Source: Candidatus Amphirhobacter sp. (GTDB lineage Bacteria; Pseudomonadota; Gammaproteobacteria; Tethybacterales; Tethybacteraceae). From it: 64,000 bases of DNA. Each line of letters begins with the position of its first letter. Position 1 is the first letter of the stretch. A model generated the notes under the pieces. It was not told the DNA's origin. It did no database searches and was given only the letters and a program-made list of their open reading frames with translations. Positions 9,285 to 20,769 of the stretch are shown piece after piece. Location of the stretch: positions 899,015 to 963,014 of the forward strand of contig OZ244940.1 in NCBI GenBank assembly GCA_965222035.1, given 5' to 3'. Both the position numbers and the translations under genes were made by a program.

Positions 9285-10690
9285 TGAGCGTCGCGCGGCC
9301 GCCGTGGCGCATCGCCCTCGCCGGCATTGCGGCGGAGAGCTGCACCTTCTCGCCCCTGCGCAGCGAGCTCGAAGACTTCGTCCAGCTGCGCGGCGAGCAA
9401 CTGCGGGCAAGTACGGCGGCGGCTGACTTCATGGACGGCGGCGCCTGCGAGCTGCACGGCGGATTTCTCGCCCGGGCCCTGCCGGGCGGCATGCTCGCAG
9501 CGGACACCTTCGCGACGCTGCGCGCGCGGCTGCTGGCGGAGATCGAGCCGCTGCTGGCGGCTGGCCTCGACGGCATCGTCCTCGATCTGCACGGCGCGCT
9601 GGCGGCCGAGGGCTGCGACGACGCCGAGTACGAGATCTTGCGCGAGCTGCGCGCCTGCGTCGGGCCCGCATTGCCGCTGGCCGCGGCCTTCGACCTGCAC
9701 GGCAACCTCACGGCGGCGGCCGCGGCCCAGCTGGACGTACTGACCGCCTATCGCACGGCGCCGCACATCGACGTCGCCGCGACCCGGCGCCGGGCGCGGG
9801 CGCTGCTCGAGCGCTGCATGGCCGGCCGGCGCCCGCAGGCGGCATGCGTGCCGATTCCTGTGTTGCTGACCGGCGAGCAGACTGCGACCACCGTCGAGCC
9901 GGGCAAGTCGGCCTGGCAGCTGGTGGCCGAAATCGCCGCCGCGCCCGGCGTGTGGGACGCCTCATTGTTCGTCGGCTACGCCTGGGCGGACCAGGCGCGC
10001 AGCGGCGCCTGCGCCGTGTGCTACGCCGACGGGCAGGAGCAGGCTGATGATGGCGCGGCTCGCCTCCGGGATGCGTATTGGGACCAGCGCGAGGCCTTCA
10101 CCTGGCCGGAGGATCCGCTCGCGGCTTCGGACTGCGTCGCATGGCTGGACGGCCTCGATGAAGGCGCCACCGTCTTCCTGTCCGACGCCGCGGACAATCC
10201 GACCGCCGGCGGCGTGGGCGACGCCTGGGACATGCTTGCGCTCGCGCTCGCTGATGCGGATCGCCGCTGGCTGATCGCCGGCCTCGCCGATCCGGCCGTG
10301 GCCCAGCAGGCCAGCGACGCGGGCGTCGGCGCGGAGATTGAAGCAGCGCTCGGCGGCCGCTGGAGCGGCCGGCCCAATCCGCAGGCGCAGCGGTACCGCA
10401 TCGTCGCCCTCGCCGACAGCGTCGCGGTCTTGGCCTGCGGCGCGACGACCGTGCTGTGCACCGCGCGCCGGCGCACGTTCCACGAGCTCGAGGACTTCAC
10501 CGACCTGGGGATCGAGCTGTCGGACTATCAAGCGGTCGTCATCAAGGTCGGCTACCTGCCGCCGGCCATCGCGCGGATCGCGCGGCGGCACCGCCTGGTC
10601 AGCGGCGCGGGCTGCGTCCCGCCGGACATCAGCGCCCTGGATTACCAGCAGGCGCGCTTCGCCCATCCCCTGCATGCGTCGCAGCATTGA
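9284..10690 (+). CDS. M81 family metallopeptidase (MlrC-like)
   Basis: ES.TFSP, LDLHGA, DLHGN, YRTAPH, DNP.AGG motifs. Confidence 0.85.
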   Translation: MSVARPPWRIALAGIAAESCTFSPLRSELEDFVQLRGEQLRASTAAADFMDGGACELHGGFLARALPGGMLAADTFATLRARLLAEIEPLLAAGLDGIVLDLHGALAAEGCDDAEYEILRELRACVGPALPLAAAFDLHGNLTAAAAAQLDVLTAYRTAPHIDVAATRRRARALLERCMAGRRPQAACVPIPVLLTGEQTATTVEPGKSAWQLVAEIAAAPGVWDASLFVGYAWADQARSGACAVCYADGQEQADDGAARLRDAYWDQREAFTWPEDPLAASDCVAWLDGLDEGATVFLSDAADNPTAGGVGDAWDMLALALADADRRWLIAGLADPAVAQQASDAGVGAEIEAALGGRWSGRPNPQAQRYRIVALADSVAVLACGATTVLCTARRRTFHELEDFTDLGIELSDYQAVVIKVGYLPPAIARIARRHRLVSGAGCVPPDISALDYQQARFAHPLHASQH

Positions 10691-10697
10691 CCCAAGC

Positions 10698-12593
10698 ATG
10701 GCACCGCTGCGCCTGACCACTCGCCTGCGCGACGGCAACGTCATCGAGGGCCGGCTGAGCAATGACGGGCCCGGCATCGCCGCCGGCTTCCGGCTGTGCG
10801 GGAGCATTCTCGTCACCGCCGCCGCCCGGGCCGGCTGCCGGGTCGCATGGCAGGCCGGCGGCTACTTCGAGCTCGAGCCCGAGCCCGCGGATCTTGAACT
10901 CGCTGCGGGCGCGAGCTGGGACTTCGCCATCGCGTACAAGAACGGCTACGACATCCTCAACCAGACTTGGGGGATCACCGGCGCCTATATACGTACCGCC
11001 AACGGCGACGCCGTCGACATCGCCTCTGAGCCGCTGGAGTTTCCCTCCTATCCGGATCCTGCGCCGGTCACGGCCGCGAAGCCACCCGAGCTGCTGCTGC
11101 TGCCGACGCCGGTCTCATGGGGACCGAGCAGCGGTACCTGCGACCTGCGCAAGGGCTTGCGACATCCAGCCGAGCGCGGGCCCGCGGGCGAGGCCTGCGC
11201 CGCCCTGGGCAAGCGCATGCGCCTGCCGGACATCGACCATCGCGACGATGGCGAGGTTGAGCTGGCCTATGCCGAGGGCCCGGCCGGCTTGCCGGCCGAG
11301 GGCTATCAGCTGCAGCTGGAGGACAAGAAAGTCACGTTGCGCGCTAATGACGACAGCGGGCGCTTCTACGGTTTGGCGTCGCTGCTGCAGCTCGCGGTCC
11401 TGCACGACGGCCAGGTGCCCTGCGGACTGATCATCGACCAGCCGCGCTTCGCCTGGCGCGGCATGCACCTGGACTGCGTCCGGCACTTCTATCCGCCCGC
11501 CTATCTGCAGCGGCTGCTCGACTTCTTCGCGCTGCTCAAGCTCAACCGCTTCCACTGGCACTTGACCGACGACGAGGCCTTCCGCCTTGAGATCCCCGGC
11601 CGGCCGGAGCTCGAGCGCACCTGGCAGCGCGGGCACGGCTTGCTGGTACCCGCTCTCTTCGGCAGCGGCAGCGGCCCGCATGGCGACGTCTATCGCCGGG
11701 ATGACATTCGCCAGATCGAAGCGGCGGCGGCGGCCAATCGCATGCAGGTGATGCCGGAGCTCGAAGTGCCCGCTCACAGCTGGGCGCTGCTGCAGGCTTT
11801 GCCCGAACTGCGCGATCCCGCCGACCGCAGCGGGGAAATCTCAGTCCAGGGCTATCGCGGCAACACCATGAATCCGGGCCAGCCGGCAACCTGGCGTTTC
11901 CTGGAAGAAACAATCGGCGCCATCGCCGACAGCTTCGCAGCGCCGGTCATCCATCTCGGCTGCGATGAGATGCCGCCCGGTACCTGGACGGGATCGCCTG
12001 CAGTCGCAGCATGGATGCGCGAGCACAAGCTGCAGGACATGCTTGATGTCCAAGAGAAGATGATGCAGCAGGTAGCGGCTTTGGTCGCAGCGCAGCAGCG
12101 CCGGCCGGCCGCATGGGAGGAAGCAGCCCGCGGGCGCAACGGCGGCCTCGGACACGACGCGGTGATCTTCTCGTGGACCGGCCAGGGACCGGGACTCGAA
12201 GCGGCGCGCAACGGCTATCAAGTGGTGCTCTGTCCGGCCCAGCACACATACATGGACATGGCGCCGAGCGCCGATCCGCGCGAGCGCGGCCTCAACTGGG
12301 CCGCGCTGGTCGACATCGCCGACACCCTCGCCTGGGAGCCGGTGCCTCCTGATGAGCCGGAACTCGCCAAGAACATCCTCGGGGTCCAGGGCGCGCTGTG
12401 GTGCGAGACCGTATTGCAGCCTAGCGACTGCGAGCCGATGCTCGCGCCGCGGCTGCTCGGCGTGGCCGAAAAGGCTTGGTCCCAGGCGGATCGAACTATG
12501 GACGCCACGCAGCTGCGCGGCTGTGCCCAGGCCTGGGAGAAGCTGTTCGCCCGCTGCGATTGGCGGGTCTGGAAGGCGGCAGGAAGGCCATGA
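10698..12593 (+). CDS. Beta-N-acetylhexosaminidase (GH20)
   Basis: PRFAWRGMHLD, FHWHLTDD, IHLGCDE catalytic motif, GVQGALW. Confidence 0.9.
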   Translation: MAPLRLTTRLRDGNVIEGRLSNDGPGIAAGFRLCGSILVTAAARAGCRVAWQAGGYFELEPEPADLELAAGASWDFAIAYKNGYDILNQTWGITGAYIRTANGDAVDIASEPLEFPSYPDPAPVTAAKPPELLLLPTPVSWGPSSGTCDLRKGLRHPAERGPAGEACAALGKRMRLPDIDHRDDGEVELAYAEGPAGLPAEGYQLQLEDKKVTLRANDDSGRFYGLASLLQLAVLHDGQVPCGLIIDQPRFAWRGMHLDCVRHFYPPAYLQRLLDFFALLKLNRFHWHLTDDEAFRLEIPGRPELERTWQRGHGLLVPALFGSGSGPHGDVYRRDDIRQIEAAAAANRMQVMPELEVPAHSWALLQALPELRDPADRSGEISVQGYRGNTMNPGQPATWRFLEETIGAIADSFAAPVIHLGCDEMPPGTWTGSPAVAAWMREHKLQDMLDVQEKMMQQVAALVAAQQRRPAAWEEAARGRNGGLGHDAVIFSWTGQGPGLEAARNGYQVVLCPAQHTYMDMAPSADPRERGLNWAALVDIADTLAWEPVPPDEPELAKNILGVQGALWCETVLQPSDCEPMLAPRLLGVAEKAWSQADRTMDATQLRGCAQAWEKLFARCDWRVWKAAGRP

Positions 12594-12646
12594 AAGTTTA
12601 TTTGCGCTGAGAGCCTGGAAAAATACCTAGATTTAGTAAAATTCAG

Positions 12647-12765
12647 TGAAAACATATATTTGTTATTTGCGGTCGCAGCCTTCTTACTAGCCTGAAAACA
12701 TATAATTTTCTTTTTCAATCTATTGTTCTTCCAATAGAATCTGCGCCCCGAAAAACTACTATAAC
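12647..12765 (+). promoter_or_regulatory. AT-rich promoter/operator region of the AlbA_2 gene
   Basis: TGAAAACATATA at 12647 and 12693; TCTATTG-N6-CAATAGA at 12719-12738; TATAAC 7 nt before ATG. Confidence 0.45.
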
Positions 12766-12772
12766 TCTAGGC

Positions 12773-14254
12773 ATGCTTTCCATCCAAGAAATAACCGAGA
12801 AGCAAATCGACCGTTGGTGCCAACAGTACGAAGGCCCCGGCCTTGAGTTCAAGGAAGCGAAGAACAATGTCAACAGGGAGGAGATGTCCAAATCTTGCTG
12901 CGCGTTAGCAAACACTGAAGGCGGGTACGTCATCCTCGGAATCACAAATGCTTTTCCGCACCAGGTGACAGGAACCAAAGCCTGCCCCAACCCGCCGAAA
13001 ATGGTTGAGCTAATCACTAGCAAGCTCAATCCTGCCATCCCACTTCAAGCTACGGAGGTGGAACACCGCGATGGCAGAGTGGTGGTGTTTGTTGTGGGCA
13101 AGCGACCCAAAGGCTCCGCTATCGAGTATCAACGGCAAGCCCTCGTCCGCGAAGGACAGCAAATACGGCCAATGTCGGTATCTGAAATAGGAGAAGTCCT
13201 TGCTGAGACCAAGCCTCATTGGCTGGAGGGACCTTGCTGCAGCAACCTGTCTCCAAGAGAGGTGAGGAATTTGCTCGACATCGAGCGTTTTTATGAATTG
13301 CAAGAAAAAGAGCAGCCTGCCCAGCTCTCAATGGTCTTGGATGATCTGAACGCCTTGAAAATGCTTGCGCCGGCAGGAGGTGATCGCTACACCATCAACC
13401 GCATGGGTGTCCTCTTGCTAGCAAAGAGCATCAGTGCCTGTGATCCTGGCCTGGGATCCAAGCGCATGCGTATTTTGCGCTTCAAGGGCGAGGGAGACAT
13501 ACACACCATCGGCTTTGACGAGACTTTCGACCGGGGTTACGCCACCGGCTTCGCTGACTTGGTCAAGATGGTGGTGGGCCAGCTGGATAATGAACATCCC
13601 GTTAGGGGAGCGCTGCGCCGTTATGATGAATTCGTACCCGAGGTAGCGGTGCGTGAATTACTCGCCAACGCTCTCATTCATCAGGATTTCCAGACTACCG
13701 GCCACCAGCTTTGGGTGCGCATCTACACCAATCGCATGGTAGTAGGAAACCCGGGCAAGCCGCTGGTGGCTATCGACCGCATGATAGACCGGCATGAAAC
13801 CCGCAACGAGATCTTGGTAGATGCCATGCGCACGCTGCGAATTTGCGAACGGGCCAGTACCGGCATCGATAAGGCTCTGGCAGCCATGGAAAAAGTGCGC
13901 GGCGCTCCAATTTCCTTCCAAACCGGCGACCAGGATGTAACTGAGGCGATAGTCTTCGCAACCCGGCCCTACGCCAAGCTCAGCCCTGGATTGAAAGCGT
14001 TGGCATGCTACCAGCATTGCGCGCTGCGTAGCTTACATAATGAACCCATGACCAACGTCTCCTTCCGGGAGAGGTTCGGACTGAACGCCAGCAAGCGGGA
14101 GGATGTCTCCCGGCTGTTCAAGAAGCTAGTGGATAGGAAACTCATCAAGCGCTCGATTATCGGCCATTCGAACAAGCACGCCAGCTACGTGCCGCAGTGG
14201 TTTGCTGAGGACGAAGACACTATCTTGGAAATGATCAGGAACGCAACAGATTAA
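12773..14254 (+). CDS. AlbA_2 (Schlafen-like) domain + HATPase_c_4/RecG-C-like domain + C-terminal wHTH protein
   Basis: EGPGLEFKE, ALANTEGG..ILGI, RELLANALIHQDF, NPG, RN..L, TGIDK motifs; lower GC than flanks. Confidence 0.85.
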   Translation: MLSIQEITEKQIDRWCQQYEGPGLEFKEAKNNVNREEMSKSCCALANTEGGYVILGITNAFPHQVTGTKACPNPPKMVELITSKLNPAIPLQATEVEHRDGRVVVFVVGKRPKGSAIEYQRQALVREGQQIRPMSVSEIGEVLAETKPHWLEGPCCSNLSPREVRNLLDIERFYELQEKEQPAQLSMVLDDLNALKMLAPAGGDRYTINRMGVLLLAKSISACDPGLGSKRMRILRFKGEGDIHTIGFDETFDRGYATGFADLVKMVVGQLDNEHPVRGALRRYDEFVPEVAVRELLANALIHQDFQTTGHQLWVRIYTNRMVVGNPGKPLVAIDRMIDRHETRNEILVDAMRTLRICERASTGIDKALAAMEKVRGAPISFQTGDQDVTEAIVFATRPYAKLSPGLKALACYQHCALRSLHNEPMTNVSFRERFGLNASKREDVSRLFKKLVDRKLIKRSIIGHSNKHASYVPQWFAEDEDTILEMIRNATD

Positions 14255-14275
14255 AATCAGCGCACGCAGCAAATC

Positions 14276-15172
14276 ATGTCCGCGCTCAGCAAACTGCACC
14301 GCAACGCCAGCCGCTTCGCCTGGCTGCTGATCATGCCCGCGGCGCTGTATATGTGCCTGATCGTCGCCTGGCCCCTGCTCGAGACCATCCGGCTGTCCTT
14401 CACCAACGCCGCCCTCGGCGGCGAGGAATACATCGGCGTCGAGAACTACGCCAAGCTGGCCGGCAGCGGGAAATTCCACGACATCGTGCTGCGCACCTTC
14501 TACTGGATGTTCCTGTCGGTCACCCTCAAGATCATCCTCGGCCTCGCCGGCGCCACCCTGCTCAATTCCAAGCTCAGGGGCGGCGGCATCTACCGGGTGC
14601 TGGTCATGCCGCCCTGGGTCGTCCCGATCGCCATCGGCTGCATCGGCTGGCTGTGGCTGTACCAAGGGCACTTCGGCCTCATCGCCGGCGTGCTGCAGCG
14701 CGTCGGCATCCTCGACGGGCCGTTCGAGTTCCTCGCCTATCGCAACAGCGCCTTCTACAGCGCCGTCATCACCGACGTGTGGATCGGCACCCCCTTCGTG
14801 ACCATCTACTTCCTCGCTGTCATCCAAGCCGTCCCCCGCGAACTGCACGAAGCCGCCTATCTCGACGGCGCCTCGCGCTGGTACCGCTTCCGCCGCGTGA
14901 CCATCCCCTACATCATGCCCGCGATCGTCGCCATGTCGCTGCTGTCGATCATCTGGACCTTCAACTCCTTCGAGATCATCTGGATCCTCACCGAAGGCGG
15001 GCCCCGCGGCGGGACCACCACCTTGATCATCGATACCTACAAGCGCGCCATCGCCAATTTCAAGTTCGGCCAGGGCGCCGCGCGCGCGACCATCATCGTA
15101 CTGCTGCTGACCGCCTTCTCGCTGCTGTACCTCGGGACCATGGCGCGCATCAACCGCCGCTACGCCCACTAG
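14276..15172 (+). CDS. Carbohydrate ABC transporter permease
   Basis: EAAYLDGA EAA motif; TM helices. Confidence 0.92.
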   Translation: MSALSKLHRNASRFAWLLIMPAALYMCLIVAWPLLETIRLSFTNAALGGEEYIGVENYAKLAGSGKFHDIVLRTFYWMFLSVTLKIILGLAGATLLNSKLRGGGIYRVLVMPPWVVPIAIGCIGWLWLYQGHFGLIAGVLQRVGILDGPFEFLAYRNSAFYSAVITDVWIGTPFVTIYFLAVIQAVPRELHEAAYLDGASRWYRFRRVTIPYIMPAIVAMSLLSIIWTFNSFEIIWILTEGGPRGGTTTLIIDTYKRAIANFKFGQGAARATIIVLLLTAFSLLYLGTMARINRRYAH

Positions 15173-15188
15173 CCGGAGGAGAGCGAAG

Positions 15189-16028
15189 ATGGACCGCATG
15201 GCTGGCTGGCAACGCGCCCTGCTGTATGTCGGCATGGCGCTGTTCCTCCTCTTCTGCCTGCTGCCCTTCATCGAGATGTTCTTCGCCTCGCTGCGGCCGC
15301 TCGAGCACCTGTTCCGCGCGCCCTACCAGTTCTGGTCGGACGACTTCTCCCTCGACGCCTACAGCCAGATGTGGGAGACCGTCCCCCGCCTCGGGCGCTA
15401 CATCTTCAACAGCGTCCTGCTCGCCACCGCCACCACCATCACCGCGCTGGCCTTCATCATCCCCGCGACCTACGCCTACGCCCGCTTCCAGTTCCGCGGC
15501 AAGGCCCTGTCGCTCGGCGCCTTCCTCAGCGTCAACATGTTCGCCGGCGCCGTGCTGCTGATCCCGCTGTACAAGCTGCTGCGCGCCTTCGGCCTGCTCA
15601 ACACCTACTTCGCCATGATCGTACCCGGCGCCGCCTTCTTGATCCCGACCGGCATCTGGCTGCTGAAGTCCTATCTCGAGCGCATCCCCGTCGAGCTCGA
15701 GGAGGCCGCCTGGGTCGACGGCGCCTCAAGGCTGTACACCCTGCGGCGCGTCATCCTGCCGCTCGCGGTCCCCGGGCTGATCGTCATCAGCGTCGCGACC
15801 TTCATCGGCGCCTACGCCCAGCAGTTCCTGTTCGCGGTGACCTTCAACCAAAACCGCGACTACATGCCGCTGCCCGCCGGCATCTACGAGTTCGTCGGCT
15901 ACCAGACCGTGATCTGGAACGAGCTGATGGCCGCCAGCCTGGTCGGCATCCTGCCGGTGATGGCGGTCTTTTTCCTGCTGCAGCGGTACCTGATCGAGGG
16001 CCTGACCGCCGGCGCGGTCAAGCACTGA
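15189..16028 (+). CDS. Carbohydrate ABC transporter permease
   Basis: EEAAWVDGA; GLTAGAVK terminus. Confidence 0.92.
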   Translation: MDRMAGWQRALLYVGMALFLLFCLLPFIEMFFASLRPLEHLFRAPYQFWSDDFSLDAYSQMWETVPRLGRYIFNSVLLATATTITALAFIIPATYAYARFQFRGKALSLGAFLSVNMFAGAVLLIPLYKLLRAFGLLNTYFAMIVPGAAFLIPTGIWLLKSYLERIPVELEEAAWVDGASRLYTLRRVILPLAVPGLIVISVATFIGAYAQQFLFAVTFNQNRDYMPLPAGIYEFVGYQTVIWNELMAASLVGILPVMAVFFLLQRYLIEGLTAGAVKH

Positions 16029-16097
16029 AATCCGGCTCCCGCCCGCATGTGATATAGAATTAAGGCAACGGAGTTCAGGCTCCCGGAGGAGAGAGAC

Positions 16098-17309
16098 ATG
16101 AAACACAAGCAACTGTATGCGACCCTGCTGCTCGGCGGCATGATGTTCGCCAGCGGCGCCCACGCCCAGTCGATGAAATTCATCATGTGCGGGGGCGAGG
16201 TGCGCGAGGCCGACCAGAAGGTCATCGACCAGTTCCAGGCGGACAACCCCGGCGTCAACATCGAGATGGAAGCGGTGCCCTGGGGAACCTGCCAGGACAA
16301 GTCCACGCAGCTGGCCGCCGCCGGCGACCCGCCGAGCCTGGCCTACATGGGCTCGCGCACGCTCAAGCAGCTGGCCAAGAACAACCTGATTGTCCCGGTC
16401 GACATCGACCGGTCGGTCCAGGCCCTGTACCAGCCGAACGTGCTCAAGACCGTCGCTGACGGCGGCAAGTTCTGGGGCTTCCCGCATGCCTTCTCGACCA
16501 AGGCGCTGTTCATCAACTGCGACCTGATCGAGCAGGCCGGCATGACCTGCCGCGGGCCGAGCACCTGGGATGAGATGTACCAGATGGCCAAGACCGTCAA
16601 GGACAAGACCGGCATCGCCGGCGTGGGCCTGGCGGGCAAGGACTTCGACAACACCATGCACCAGTTCCTCAACTACCTGTACAGCAACGGCGGCACGGTC
16701 ATCAACTCGGACACCAACGAGATCACCCTGGACAGCAGCGAAGCCATCGAGACCCTGGCGTTCTACGGCCGGCTCGCTCAAGTCGCCCAGGACGGGCCCA
16801 CCGCTTTTGAGCGCTCGCAGATCAAGGACCTGTTCAACGACGGCAAGGTCGCGATGTACATCGACGGACCCTGGGGCAAAAGCCAGCACAACGAGGACAT
16901 CCGCTCGATCACCGTGCCGATTCCGGCCGGCCCGAGCGGCCGCAGCGGCACGCTGCTGATCACCGACTCGATCGCGGTCTTCAAGGGCACTGGCCACGAG
17001 GCGATGGCGACCAAGCTGGCGCTGGCGCTGGCTTCAGGCGAAGCGCAGTACGACCTGGACAGCAGCTGGGGCCTGACGCCCATCATGAAGTACGAGCAAG
17101 TCATCTCCGACAAGCCCTACTACGTGGACGACCCCTACTGGGAAGTGTTCGTCCAGCCGATCGCCGGCGGCGGACCTGAGCCCCTGTTCGTCGAGTACAA
17201 GGAGCTGCAGAACGTCATGAACAGCATGATCCAAGGCATCCTGCTGGGCGAGGGCTCAGCCGCTGAGCTGGTCGCGACCGCTGCTGAAGAACTCGAAGAG
17301 TTCAAATAG
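16098..17309 (+). CDS. Carbohydrate ABC transporter substrate-binding protein
   Basis: Signal peptide (AHA-Q), family 1 SBP features, GGAGG SD. Confidence 0.9.
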   Translation: MKHKQLYATLLLGGMMFASGAHAQSMKFIMCGGEVREADQKVIDQFQADNPGVNIEMEAVPWGTCQDKSTQLAAAGDPPSLAYMGSRTLKQLAKNNLIVPVDIDRSVQALYQPNVLKTVADGGKFWGFPHAFSTKALFINCDLIEQAGMTCRGPSTWDEMYQMAKTVKDKTGIAGVGLAGKDFDNTMHQFLNYLYSNGGTVINSDTNEITLDSSEAIETLAFYGRLAQVAQDGPTAFERSQIKDLFNDGKVAMYIDGPWGKSQHNEDIRSITVPIPAGPSGRSGTLLITDSIAVFKGTGHEAMATKLALALASGEAQYDLDSSWGLTPIMKYEQVISDKPYYVDDPYWEVFVQPIAGGGPEPLFVEYKELQNVMNSMIQGILLGEGSAAELVATAAEELEEFK

Positions 17310-17330
17310 GGCTTCGCGTCCGACAGCGGC

Positions 17331-18434
<1,104 letters not shown>

Positions 18435-18436
18435 CC

Positions 18437-19594
18437 ATGCGCATCGGCGTCGTCGGCCTGGGACATCGCGCCGCCATGGTGCTGCGCTTTCTCAAGCAGC
18501 CCCTGCCGGAGCTGGAGGTCATGGGCTACGTCGACCCGCAGCCCTGCGGGCTGGAGCCGCTGCGTGAGAAAGTCAAGGTCGGCGAAGCCTACCCGGACAT
18601 CCAGGCCCTGCTCGCGGCCAAGCCGGAGTTCCTGTTCATCGCCTCGCCGAACCATCTGCATCTCGAGCACATCCGCGCCGGCCTGGAAGCGGGCATGCGC
18701 ATGTTCGTCGAGAAGCCGATCGTGATCACGCCCGAGCAGACCTTCGAGCTGGCCGAGCTGCTCGCCAAGCACGGCCCGGCGCAGGTCCAGGTCGGCCTGG
18801 TGCTGCGCTACGCGCGCCACATGCGCGATCTGCGCGCGAGCATGCAAGAGGGCCTGCTGGGCGACATCATCTCGATGGAGGCCAACGAGCACATCGCGCC
18901 CTATCACGGCGCCTTCTTCATGCGCGACTGGCGACGCCTGGCGAAGTACTCCGGCGGCTTCATGCTGGAGAAGTGCTGCCACGACCTCGACATCTACAAC
19001 ATGATCGCCAACAGCCGCCCCCTGCGGGTCGCGAGCTTCGGCGGCCGCGGCGCGTTCACGCCCGCGAACGCGCCGGGCGCTGACGAGGACAGCGCGGTCT
19101 ATCAGGAAAAGCGCTCGTTCTGGGAAGCAGCTCCCGATCCGTTCAGAAGCGACGGCGACATCGTCGACAACCAAGTTGCGATCATCGAGTACGCCAATGG
19201 CGCGCGGCTAGCCTTCCACACCAACACCAACGTCCCCGACGAGCACCGCCGCTTCTGCGTCGTCGGCACCAAGGGCATGGCCGAGGGCGATTTTGGACGG
19301 GGATTTCTCAAGATCACCGACGCACGCACGCGCCAGACCATCCACGACCATGACTACACCGGCTACCAGGGCGACGCCTGCCACTACGGCGCCGACGAGT
19401 TGATGGCCCAGGACTTGGCAGACTACCTGCGCGGCACCAGCGAAGAGCTGCCGGTCGCCGCGGTGGATTGCCTGGAGGCCGGCCTGGCCGCCATGGCGAT
19501 CGACCAGGCCCGCGCCAGCGGTCAAGTCGTCAGCCTGCAGGAGTGGTGGGACCGGATGGATGCCTGTAAATTGCGAGCGGATGGATCCCGCTAA
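18437..19594 (+). CDS. Gfo/Idh/MocA family oxidoreductase
   Basis: MRIGVVGLG, EKP, EKCCHDLD. Confidence 0.9.
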   Translation: MRIGVVGLGHRAAMVLRFLKQPLPELEVMGYVDPQPCGLEPLREKVKVGEAYPDIQALLAAKPEFLFIASPNHLHLEHIRAGLEAGMRMFVEKPIVITPEQTFELAELLAKHGPAQVQVGLVLRYARHMRDLRASMQEGLLGDIISMEANEHIAPYHGAFFMRDWRRLAKYSGGFMLEKCCHDLDIYNMIANSRPLRVASFGGRGAFTPANAPGADEDSAVYQEKRSFWEAAPDPFRSDGDIVDNQVAIIEYANGARLAFHTNTNVPDEHRRFCVVGTKGMAEGDFGRGFLKITDARTRQTIHDHDYTGYQGDACHYGADELMAQDLADYLRGTSEELPVAAVDCLEAGLAAMAIDQARASGQVVSLQEWWDRMDACKLRADGSR

Positions 19595-19595
19595 C

Positions 19596-19623
19596 TTGTT
19601 TTCCGGCAATTAGGGGCTATAAT
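19596..19623 (+). promoter_or_regulatory. Sigma70-like promoter
   Basis: TTGTTT-16-TATAAT, 8 nt before ATG; conserved in the duplicate at 20874-20901. Confidence 0.65.
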
Positions 19624-19631
19624 ACCCATAA

Positions 19632-20093
19632 ATGCCCGGGCACAACGCCATCGCCATCGCGAACATCTATGTCAAGCTAGCGCAGGCTAGAAAGCACTAT
19701 CTGTCCAAGCTTCCCCTGATGAAGTTCATCTACTTCGCCCATGGCTGGACTTTGGGCTACACGGGAGAACCGCTCATTCGCGAGGACATCCTCGTCTGGA
19801 AATTCGGCCCGGCCATTCTCGAGGTCTATCGCGCCTTCGCGGAGAAAGGTTTTTACATCCAAACTCCGGCGCTGGACAAGAAAGGTGAGGAAATCACCTG
19901 CGAGCAGGATTTGAGCACCCAGGAGCAGGACATCATCATTAAGGTGTTCGATGATTACTCAACTTCAGACGCTATGGAGCTGGTTGGGATTACGCATGCC
20001 AAAGGCGCACCTTGGTCTACCAGCAAACAGAGAGGAGAATCTGTAATTTCTAACGAGATAATCAGGGATTATTACAAGGAGCGGTTGATTTAA
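19632..20093 (+). CDS. Panacea/SocA (DUF4065) family antitoxin, copy 1
   Basis: IAN, LMKFIYFAHGW, W.FGP..EVY, L..ITH..GAPW, I...Y motifs. Confidence 0.85.
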   Translation: MPGHNAIAIANIYVKLAQARKHYLSKLPLMKFIYFAHGWTLGYTGEPLIREDILVWKFGPAILEVYRAFAEKGFYIQTPALDKKGEEITCEQDLSTQEQDIIIKVFDDYSTSDAMELVGITHAKGAPWSTSKQRGESVISNEIIRDYYKERLI

Positions 20094-20094
20094 C

Positions 20095-20538
20095 ATGTTC
20101 GATGAACAATTTAAGGGCCGGGAAGAAGAGTCCGAAAAGGCTCTTAGCCCGCAGGATTTGCTGCGCGAGTATCTTGCAGAGGAACTCTCCGAAGAGGCGG
20201 TGAAAATCAGAAAGGGACGCGAAAGCAAGGAGTTCATTTTCTCCTTGAGCGCCCGGATTATCCTAATCATCGCGGTGCTTGTCGTTGTCGGTATCCTATA
20301 TTGGCAACTATTCCAGGTCGCTGGTGCCTGGTCCGAACTCCGAAACGTCCACCCAGCAGTCCTGACAGCCTTTGTGTCGGGCATCATCATCAGTACCACA
20401 GCGCTGCTGGGCTTCTTGATCGCTGGAGTTTTCCGCAACGCTGACAAGGACAAGCCTGAGCATCCCATGCAGAACCTTCTCAGCAATCCGGGAATAGCCA
20501 GGATCTTCAACCTCAGCGTGCAAGCGCCTCTCAATTAG
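20095..20538 (+). CDS. Two-TM membrane protein, putative Panacea-associated toxin, copy 1
   Basis: 1 nt after Panacea stop; charged N-terminus and two hydrophobic helices. Confidence 0.65.
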   Translation: MFDEQFKGREEESEKALSPQDLLREYLAEELSEEAVKIRKGRESKEFIFSLSARIILIIAVLVVVGILYWQLFQVAGAWSELRNVHPAVLTAFVSGIIISTTALLGFLIAGVFRNADKDKPEHPMQNLLSNPGIARIFNLSVQAPLN

Positions 20539-20586
20539 GCTAACGAGTAAGGCGCCTTAGCTGCCGCCTCGAGAATTAACATCGCC

Positions 20587-20769
20587 AGGACTGATAGTTC
20601 ATTGTCCTGCCAGGACACTGACGAGGGTGATCTGGACCTCGCACTAGAGGAATAAATCAAGCAGCTGGAGCGGGAGGCCGACCGCCAGGAGTTCTTCCTC
20701 TACGTACTCCTCGGCTTCATGCTGGCCTGCGGCTGCGGCCTCTTCTTCGACGACTACCCACGCCGCTAA
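20587..20769 (+). pseudogene. Degenerate copy of the 56-aa micro-gene at 21861
   Basis: AGG where the intact copy has ATG; TAA at 20653 where it has GAA; 3' half nearly identical. Confidence 0.7.
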
